DNA of 64,000 nt, from the IMG/VR virus record IMGVR_UViG_3300036770_007495, positions 160,704-224,703 of that record; one strand, written 5' to 3'. The translations under genes were made by a program, and so were the position numbers. The notes beneath the pieces were generated by a model. That model had not been told where the DNA came from. It saw only the letters and a list, made by a program, of their open reading frames with translations, and did not search any database. Positions 57,918 through 64,000 of the stretch are shown here, in pieces (the stretch's first letter is position 1; the number at the start of each line of letters is the position of its first letter).

Positions 57918-58390
57918 TTTAGCAGTTTGGGGTTTTCAAAGATGTTGCCGATGACCTCATATCTATGAGTTGCACTAGTCATATTTTCAATATCATCATA
58001 TCTCTTGTGATCATAAGACCAGCAAAAGCTTGGAAAAAGGAAAATAATTTCACCAACAAAGTCGCCATCTTCGATGAGCTCTGAAGTAAAAACACCTTTT
58101 GAGGTTTCGATGCTTTTAGAATGGCATCTGCTATACTTGACAATGTCGCCTTCGTAAATTTCTTTTCCGTTTTTGTCTTTCAGCCCGGTGTATTGCTGGA
58201 TAACGCAAGTTGGCGCAGGCGATGCAGTGTATTTATCGCCATGATCGCCATCAATTGCACCAACATAATCAGTCAGCCTGCCTGTAAATGGGCAAATGCT
58301 CCAATTGCTGTAACAGTGCAAGGAACTACTGTTCTCAAGCCAAGTTTTGTTTTGTTTGTCCCAAATGCGAAATTTTAGTTCTCTATTCAT
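57914..58390 (-). CDS. YopX-family protein
   Basis: MNRELKFRIWDK...IQQYTGLKDKNGKEIYEGDIV...EVIGNIFENPKLL. Confidence 0.9.
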   Translation of the reverse strand: MNRELKFRIWDKQNKTWLENSSSLHCYSNWSICPFTGRLTDYVGAIDGDHGDKYTASPAPTCVIQQYTGLKDKNGKEIYEGDIVKYSRCHSKSIETSKGVFTSELIEDGDFVGEIIFLFPSFCWSYDHKRYDDIENMTSATHRYEVIGNIFENPKLLK

Positions 58391-58895
58391 GCTTGCAAAT
58401 ATATACGTCGTTGAAGCTCTTTTCAAACGTTTTGTTGATAATTTCTTCCACAATGTTCCAATCGGCACCACCCAAACCGCAGCCGATTTTGTATGGAATG
58501 TAGATGTCTTGAAGTTCGTTTCTAATATCTGGCAAACCCATAATTCCAAGGGTTTCGATTGCTATATCATTGCCTAAAAATGTTGTATTTGCGATTCTTT
58601 TAAATCCTGCAATAAGAGCAGAGTATTCTGTTTGCCTTTCTCTGGTACCAACATTGTTCTGACCAAAAAGATTAGCGACAATAACATTATGAGCTACATT
58701 TACTTCAAACACGCTGCCTAACAGCATAATGGGAAGCTTTTGACGCTTCACATGATCGCGGTATTCTTCTGCGTTTTTGGGCCATTTGCGTGCAATTGCG
58801 CCTGCCAATCCCCCAACTGCACCAAGACAGTTAACAGAGTGAACAATAACGCCTTTATCTACTGTTAAAATGTCTTTGTTAATTGTTGTTATCAT
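58383..58895 (-). CDS. Macrodomain protein (ADP-ribose-processing; Poa1/DarG-like class)
   Basis: KDIL...VIVHSVNCLG..GGLAGAIARKWP...VANLFGQ...IPYKIGCGLGGADW. Confidence 0.88.
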   Translation of the reverse strand: MITTINKDILTVDKGVIVHSVNCLGAVGGLAGAIARKWPKNAEEYRDHVKRQKLPIMLLGSVFEVNVAHNVIVANLFGQNNVGTRERQTEYSALIAGFKRIANTTFLGNDIAIETLGIMGLPDIRNELQDIYIPYKIGCGLGGADWNIVEEIINKTFEKSFNDVYICKHE

Positions 58896-58898
58896 ATT

Positions 58899-59180
58899 TT
58901 AAAAAGGTTCATTTACAATTTCTACATCAAATTCATCACAACCACAAAACTCACCATCCCATCTCTCTCCTTTTCCAAAGATTTCGATTTCATATTCGAG
59001 TTGTGTATTGCGAAGTCCGCGAACACATATTGCTTTCATACCTGGAAAATTAACACAGCTTTCCCATTCGTCAAGTGAAACTCTTTGAAGTTGTTCAGGT
59101 GCATTGCAATTGTAATCATATACTTCTGTTCCTTCTTTGAACCAAGTGTCAGGCTTTGCTGTTAGTTTGACGAATTTCAT
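58899..59180 (-). CDS. Hypothetical protein
   Basis: ORF in the accessory run; ATG at 59180 preferred over GTG at 59207. Confidence 0.6.
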   Translation of the reverse strand: MKFVKLTAKPDTWFKEGTEVYDYNCNAPEQLQRVSLDEWESCVNFPGMKAICVRGLRNTQLEYEIEIFGKGERWDGEFCGCDEFDVEIVNEPF

Positions 59181-59263
59181 AATTTTGATCTTTGTTTGTC
59201 TATCCACTCGGAAATAATTTCCGCAATTTTTAAACCAATATGTAATAAAAACAATGGCATAAT

Positions 59264-59539
59264 TTATTCTTTAATAGGCCATTCAAACATATTAAGATGA
59301 AAGAAAGCGTCACTCAATCCTTCACCTTCTAACCACACTGCACACCATGAAGAGTAAACTTCACAATAGCGAACAGTATAGATTTTTCCAACCTCTAAGT
59401 TGTCTTTGGCAAATTGAATGACATTGACAAAGTGCGGATAAAACATTCCATCAGCACCTTTGAATCTTACTTTATGACCTTTACAAGGCCATCTGCTATC
59501 TTTATTTTCAAAAAGAGCAAAAAATTGTTCGTCGTTCAT
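59264..59539 (-). CDS. Hypothetical protein
   Basis: 91 aa; overlaps the upstream stop. Confidence 0.65.
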   Translation of the reverse strand: MNDEQFFALFENKDSRWPCKGHKVRFKGADGMFYPHFVNVIQFAKDNLEVGKIYTVRYCEVYSSWCAVWLEGEGLSDAFFHLNMFEWPIKE

Positions 59540-59871
59540 CAGCAGTAGGTTTTTGTGTCAGCAACACTGCAAACAGTTGTTCCTAACTCTGGTGGTGGTG
59601 ATCCTGTGCCGTCACTGCAAATGATTTTGTGCGGATCAAATCCTGGATATGTCGGCATGGGAGCATAAGGAGGGTATTTTGGATATTCTGTATCTTTTGG
59701 CCTCCTTTTTTCCCATTCTTCTTCTTTCTTTTCTTTGCGAATAGGAGTTTTCTTCTCAAACAGCAAGGTCAAATGATCTCTGATGATTTGAGTCTGTTCT
59801 TTATTGATGGTTTCTGCATTGGAAATCTCAAGAAATCCATGCAACCATATTGCGAATTGTTCGTAGTTCAT
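59539..59871 (-). CDS. Hypothetical phage protein
   Basis: EQFAIWLHGFLEIS...QIIRDHL N-terminal motif common in small phage ORFs. Confidence 0.65.
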   Translation of the reverse strand: MNYEQFAIWLHGFLEISNAETINKEQTQIIRDHLTLLFEKKTPIRKEKKEEEWEKRRPKDTEYPKYPPYAPMPTYPGFDPHKIICSDGTGSPPPELGTTVCSVADTKTYC

Positions 59872-59874
59872 AAT

Positions 59875-60198
59875 TTATTCGTCTCTCCAGCGTTTGTTAG
59901 GAATACCTCGTTTATCTGCAACATATTGTGCTACACCATCATACCCATCTCTGCGATACATTTCAAAAAACTTTGCAATGTCACATGTTGGTAGATTTTC
60001 AGCATCAGCAGCAGGCGCAAAGTAATCGTTGATGTTGATGTAAAGATTGATGGTACCATCTCCATAATCATTGCCAACGAACAATATACTTTCATCCAGA
60101 AGAAATGCAACCATGCTTTCAACATCTGCATGAATGCCAAGATTATGCTCAGTCAAGTCAATGTAATAAGTGCGATCAATGGTAATGGTTTCAGTCAT
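59875..60198 (-). CDS. Hypothetical protein
   Basis: Start at ATG 60198 overlapping the stop of the RF-like gene. Confidence 0.6.
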   Translation of the reverse strand: MTETITIDRTYYIDLTEHNLGIHADVESMVAFLLDESILFVGNDYGDGTINLYININDYFAPAADAENLPTCDIAKFFEMYRRDGYDGVAQYVADKRGIPNKRWRDE

Positions 60199-60589
60199 GT
60201 CGTTCTGTTTCTTGGTATTCAACCCATTTGCCTTTTTCATCTTTCATCTCAATTTTGAGATTGTCAGGGTGCATGTCTCGCTCCACTGCATCTTCAACTC
60301 TCTGCTTGCGCAGTTTTGCTTCTTCAGCAGATTCAAGTCGGCGACTTGTTTCAAGCTTCAGCCACAATTGAAACTTTTCTGAATTGGCCATTCGCCTGAA
60401 TGCTTCAACTTTGTTGCGTCGTTGTTCGCGGTGGTCACGAGAGATGCCTTCTGCACCACTTGCCTTGTGGCGGCAGCGACAAGCAGATGCAGTTTTGTTT
60501 TGATGCTGACCGCCTTTGCCACCAGCACAAAAATACATCCAGTCGCAATCATCCGCAGTAACACTGAAAAGTAATTCTTTATCACTCAT
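60191..60589 (-). CDS. Class I release-factor-like peptidyl-tRNA hydrolase domain protein (ArfB/PrfH-like)
   Basis: GGKGGQHQNKTASACRCRHKASG...DHREQRRNKVEAFRR: GGQ motif with RF-1 domain context. Confidence 0.88.
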   Translation of the reverse strand: MSDKELLFSVTADDCDWMYFCAGGKGGQHQNKTASACRCRHKASGAEGISRDHREQRRNKVEAFRRMANSEKFQLWLKLETSRRLESAEEAKLRKQRVEDAVERDMHPDNLKIEMKDEKGKWVEYQETERHD

Positions 60590-61109
60590 TGTTTTTCTTA
60601 CTATAGAGTTTATCCCATTCTTTGTCAACTGCATTCAAAGCATCGTGGGCAAGCTGCGCCAAATGTTGTCTCAAAATATTACCATCATCTAAATTATAAT
60701 TAGATGCAATATCTCTCAAAGCATTATGCATAATATCCCACTGATTTTGGAAGCATTCATAATCTTTTAAATTGATTTCACCGTATTTGCATTTGACTGC
60801 TTGACAGTTGGTGGGAGAGCAGCAGCCAGTCTCACCACAACTACCGCAAGTTTCGCAGTAGTTAGAATCTTCTGGATAATTGTCAGGGTCACAAATTAGT
60901 GGTCTGACTTGATTATTGTCAGTGAACTCTGCAACGATTTCTTCTTCAAGAAAAAAACAAACTTCTTTAGAAGTGGGGATTATAAATCCGTAACAAATTT
61001 CGCCTACGATCTCTACCTCTCCCGTAAAAACTCCCTCACCCATGTAACGATTGTAATCGTATGGGCCTTGGCAGTTGATCATGTATTTTTTGTCTTTGAT
61101 TGGAATCAT
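60582..61109 (-). CDS. Hypothetical protein with a Cys cluster
   Basis: CETCGSCGETGCCSPTNCQAVKC. Confidence 0.6.
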   Translation of the reverse strand: MIPIKDKKYMINCQGPYDYNRYMGEGVFTGEVEIVGEICYGFIIPTSKEVCFFLEEEIVAEFTDNNQVRPLICDPDNYPEDSNYCETCGSCGETGCCSPTNCQAVKCKYGEINLKDYECFQNQWDIMHNALRDIASNYNLDDGNILRQHLAQLAHDALNAVDKEWDKLYSKKNNE

Positions 61110-61110
61110 A

Positions 61111-61701
61111 CTATTGTTTAACTGGTTTATATCCTTCGTAAATGCTTTCTTTCAAAAGATCAGGTGAGAGGGTTTTGTACCAACCACCTCGAACGCAAAG
61201 AACACCAGGCTTGCCAGTTACTTCGCAAGTCTTGTTGCACAAATACTCAGCCATGTGAATCATGCCACGAACTTGCTCATCACCGCCTGAGATGTAAAAA
61301 CGAAGCTCGCCATATTTTTCTTTGATTTGATCAATCTTTACAGCAGGTGGATAAACTTTGTCATATTCAACACACTTGTAAGAACGACGACGAAACTTCT
61401 CAATGAAAGCAAAAACTGGTTTATTGAACTGCCACTTGTTGAACTGCGGAAACAGTTTGATAAACTTCCTGTGCATCCAATCTAGAGATTCAGCAATGCT
61501 AATCCAAACGTAATACATCTTGTTAACTACTCTGCGCTTGTGGCGATATGTATGCTTGGTGTAGCTTGTGATTGAGCCGCACAAGTCAGCTACAATCTGC
61601 TTCCATCCATTGGGTACCCATGCACCGCATGGGCAGGGATCACCTTTTTCATAAAAGAGGTGAGGATACTTGAGCACAAGATACTCTTCAAACTGTTCCA
61701 T
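61111..61701 (-). CDS. Conserved phage hypothetical protein
   Basis: QIKEKYGELRFYISGG...TCEVTGKPG...GGWYKTL motif common in phage ORFs. Confidence 0.7.
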   Translation of the reverse strand: MEQFEEYLVLKYPHLFYEKGDPCPCGAWVPNGWKQIVADLCGSITSYTKHTYRHKRRVVNKMYYVWISIAESLDWMHRKFIKLFPQFNKWQFNKPVFAFIEKFRRRSYKCVEYDKVYPPAVKIDQIKEKYGELRFYISGGDEQVRGMIHMAEYLCNKTCEVTGKPGVLCVRGGWYKTLSPDLLKESIYEGYKPVKQ

Positions 61702-61735
61702 GCATTAATATGCATTCAAACAGACAGAAGTCAAC

Positions 61736-61770
61736 AAAAAAAGAGAGAAGTGTTGCCACTTCTCTCTCTT
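61736..61770 (-). terminator. Rho-independent terminator after the lipoprotein gene
   Basis: Minus strand: GAGAGAAGTG-GCAA-CACTTCTCTC followed by T7. Confidence 0.88.
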
Positions 61771-61772
61771 GA

Positions 61773-61802
61773 TCTTACTTGGTCTTACTTGGTCTTACTT
61801 GG
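61773..61802. repeat. 3 x 10-bp exact tandem repeat (TCTTACTTGG)
   Basis: Seen directly; spans the lipoprotein stop codon. Confidence 0.9.
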
Positions 61803-62061
61803 ACGGTTGAGGTGTTCCCACCTCTACAATTGGTCGCCGAGGAGCATACCTGATGCCTGCAGTGAATGAACCATAAGGTTCAACACCAAAGACGTTGGTA
61901 GAGGCATGCCCACTCACCTGATATCCCTTTTCAACCTTTTCAGTTGAGAAGCCAACGGATGCACCTGTGCGTGCCTGATCAAGTGCTGCATCAGTTGTGC
62001 TCTTGACAGAGGTGCAGCTGACGAGACCCATGAGCATTGTTGCTAGTAGTAGTGTTTTCAT
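61795..62061 (-). CDS. Small lipoprotein
   Basis: MKTLLLATMLMGLVSC signal peptide with lipobox. Confidence 0.75.
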   Translation of the reverse strand: MKTLLLATMLMGLVSCTSVKSTTDAALDQARTGASVGFSTEKVEKGYQVSGHASTNVFGVEPYGSFTAGIRYAPRRPIVEVGTPQPSK

Positions 62062-62090
62062 GTTGTAATTTATAATACGTTCAACAAAAA

Positions 62091-62324
62091 TCAAGCTTCT
62101 GTTCCATTGATGTAAGAACTCTCATTGGTGAAGATGTTCTTAATTTTTACCAAGACAGCAGGCTTTGCAAAATCATCATCAAGAGATTCTGCGAACCATG
62201 CATGACCTTTTGGGGAGCTTGCATCAGTCCAGTATTTGCCAGTCTGCCCATAATTGAGCGTAGGGTGGCTGCGGGTGAAGATGCACCCTATTCCGTTGAT
62301 GTAATTTGTGTTTTGTTTATGCAT
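62091..62324 (-). CDS. Hypothetical protein
   Basis: 77 aa; start overlaps the stop of the phosphoesterase gene. Confidence 0.5.
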   Translation of the reverse strand: MHKQNTNYINGIGCIFTRSHPTLNYGQTGKYWTDASSPKGHAWFAESLDDDFAKPAVLVKIKNIFTNESSYINGTEA

Positions 62325-63030
62325 AGTGGTAACCGTAGTGTTCATCGATGTTGAGGCACCTAAAGACTGTATCACCATGAGTGATCAGATTGCTCTCATG
62401 AAAGTGTCCATAAATCCAGTCTTTGGGTTTGGTTTTCTCATAAAGATAATCAACCAATTGACTTTCTTCAATGAGATCATTTTTCAGATCAGCATCTTGA
62501 TTACACCAGCTTTCAATTTTGCTGAAGCCTTTGAATGCTCCACAGACACCTGGTCGTGTATGTGTCACAACCAAGTCATATTGGCGATCTTTGTATGGGA
62601 AGTCATTTTCAAGTTTGAGATTAAATCCCTCATCACTCCACCAAGACTTGCCTTCTGTACGCCAAGTACGATCAATGCTCACTGCACCACCCACAAGCAG
62701 GATGCTCTTGCCCAGCAGCTCTAGTTCGGAGTAGTCTTGCAGCAGAGTGATGTTGGAGAAGTCAAATGGATTATTGGTCTGCTTGAAGTATTCAGGATCA
62801 TCATGATTGCCGCGAATGGCATACAGATGACAGTTTTTATTTACCAACAGTTCATTGAGTCTTGGAAAAGCTTCATTCTTGTAGTAGTTGGGCTTGTGAA
62901 ATCCTACGCCAAAATCACCCACTTGAATGATGTATGCATCTTCATAACCAAGACGATTGATGTCATAGCGCAGTTTGTTGTACTCGCCATGAATATCGCC
63001 TACCAGGATGATTTTATCTTTTTCTTTCAC
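62317..63030 (-). CDS. Calcineurin-like metallophosphoesterase
   Basis: GDIHG, VGDFG, RGNHD, VTHTRP, YGHFH motifs. Confidence 0.92.
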   Translation of the reverse strand: MKEKDKIILVGDIHGEYNKLRYDINRLGYEDAYIIQVGDFGVGFHKPNYYKNEAFPRLNELLVNKNCHLYAIRGNHDDPEYFKQTNNPFDFSNITLLQDYSELELLGKSILLVGGAVSIDRTWRTEGKSWWSDEGFNLKLENDFPYKDRQYDLVVTHTRPGVCGAFKGFSKIESWCNQDADLKNDLIEESQLVDYLYEKTKPKDWIYGHFHESNLITHGDTVFRCLNIDEHYGYHYA

Positions 63031-63036
63031 AGATGT

Positions 63037-63065
63037 ATTATAGCTTCTTATTCAAATTTTATCAA
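63037..63065 (-). promoter_or_regulatory. sigma70-type promoter (TTGATA-N17-TATAAT)
   Basis: Near-consensus. The GTG start at 63030 is 6 nt after the -10. Confidence 0.75.
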
Positions 63066-63260
63066 CTACTTTTCTAAATGAAAGTCATTCATGACATAAT
63101 CCCACAAGTAGTCATCATGTTGCTTCTTGCCATCAGAAACCTGCTTCAAAAGCATGTCCCAGTGTTCGTCAATTTCTTTTTGCAAGAACTGAATATGATT
63201 TTTGTAGACCTCTACTAACGCAATTTCTTGTTTGTTGTATGTGCGAGTTCCTAGTTTCAT
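63066..63260 (-). CDS. Hypothetical protein
   Basis: 64 aa; ATGA overlap with the PTP-like gene. Confidence 0.55.
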   Translation of the reverse strand: MKLGTRTYNKQEIALVEVYKNHIQFLQKEIDEHWDMLLKQVSDGKKQHDDYLWDYVMNDFHLEK

Positions 63261-63691
63261 TTGATCATAAGATAATTGTGCAACATTATGTCGTTAGGAC
63301 TTGGCATTAGTTTGTCGGGAATTCTTGCATCATAGAGCTCTTGTTTTGCATCATGGATAGTTTTTCCATCACGCTCGCATTTTGCGATAACAACTGCTGC
63401 AGGACTGCGACTATATCCGGCAAAACAATGAACCAGCAAACGTTCATGAGGAGCAAGGCTGTGAATAAAATCAAGCAGCTTGCGAATGTGTCCTTCATTG
63501 GGTGCATATTTTGCGTCTTTGGGATTGACTGCTAGTGATCCAAATGTTTCATCTTCAAAGTCAAGAAACATATACTTCTTGCCTTCACGAAATTTTTCAG
63601 GCATGAAATGTCCGAGAGAGATTACTGCGTCATATTCATGCGCATATTTCTCTGCATTAGCAAAATCGGTGTAGTGGTTAATCGTTGTCAT
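63257..63691 (-). CDS. Protein-tyrosine/dual-specificity phosphatase-like protein
   Basis: LLVHCFAGYSRSPA (HCxxGxxRS). Confidence 0.88.
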   Translation of the reverse strand: MTTINHYTDFANAEKYAHEYDAVISLGHFMPEKFREGKKYMFLDFEDETFGSLAVNPKDAKYAPNEGHIRKLLDFIHSLAPHERLLVHCFAGYSRSPAAVVIAKCERDGKTIHDAKQELYDARIPDKLMPSPNDIMLHNYLMIK

Positions 63692-64000
63692 GAAATGGTT
63701 CTTTGCCAATGTGGTCGTATCTTTCAGAAACTCCAGCATTAAAAATAGCTAAGATTTCTTGTTCAAATGCAATTTGATCAGAATCAGCAATCTTGTCAGT
63801 CAAAGTATCTAAAATGTTGATGAGTATGCCAGCAACACCTTTTGGAGTTGCATCAAACGATTCAACGATTCTAGTACCAACTCGACCTTTTTGTTCGTCA
63901 AGGTAGATGCTAATTACATGAGTCCAGTCTTGCATATTAATGTCCAAAAGCTTCAATGGTATACTTGAAAGGATTGCCTTCAATGTTTTTGACAAGATCA
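63678..64000 (-). CDS. Hypothetical protein (5' end likely outside the window)
   Basis: Frame is open to the window edge. Confidence 0.55.
   Translation of the reverse strand, partial: ILSKTLKAILSSIPLKLLDINMQDWTHVISIYLDEQKGRVGTRIVESFDATPKGVAGILINILDTLTDKIADSDQIAFEQEILAIFNAGVSERYDHIGKEPFHDND

Noticed and set aside
61773-61802. CRISPR array
   Set aside because: Three contiguous 10-bp units with no spacers.
1-64000. Stop-codon reassignment, tRNA genes, introns or inteins
   Set aside because: Conserved genes (terminase, sheath, Rml, dUTPase) are full length in code 11 with no in-frame stops or insertions; intergenic gaps are too short and show no tRNA cloverleaf.

Overview
64 kb of a large T4-like (myovirus) bacteriophage genome, read in the standard genetic code. 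Bases 1-52 kb hold the virion morphogenesis region: novel fibre/baseplate proteins, then neck gp14, terminase gp17, gp3, sheath gp18, gp4, a lysozyme, tube gp19, gp54/gp26/gp51/gp29/gp48/gp53/gp27-like baseplate genes, a displaced gp16-like small terminase, gp25, gp6 and several tail fibres. A few early-type genes are interspersed (PD-(D/E)XK exonuclease, dUTPase, clamp loader). A GT8-like glycosyltransferase and a sulfotransferase sit between paralogous fibre genes. A three-gene L-rhamnose operon (NRS/ER-type epimerase-reductase, rmlB, rmlA) lies at 52-55 kb behind late-promoter motifs. Bases 57.6-64 kb are a compositionally distinct run of small accessory genes (YopX, macrodomain, GGQ release-factor-like, lipoprotein, metallophosphoesterase, PTP-like). 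The strongest leads are: (1) a candidate virion-glycosylation system (sugar operon, GT, sulfotransferase and an L-S-[AG] motif recurring in virion proteins); (2) a near-invariant TAAATA-N5/6-start architecture with no Shine-Dalgarno, implying leaderless mRNAs; (3) a set of late proteins with T4 capsid-targeting-like N-termini; (4) strong CpG depletion with TGCA excess in the core. All functional calls come from motif recognition by eye; no database searches were run.
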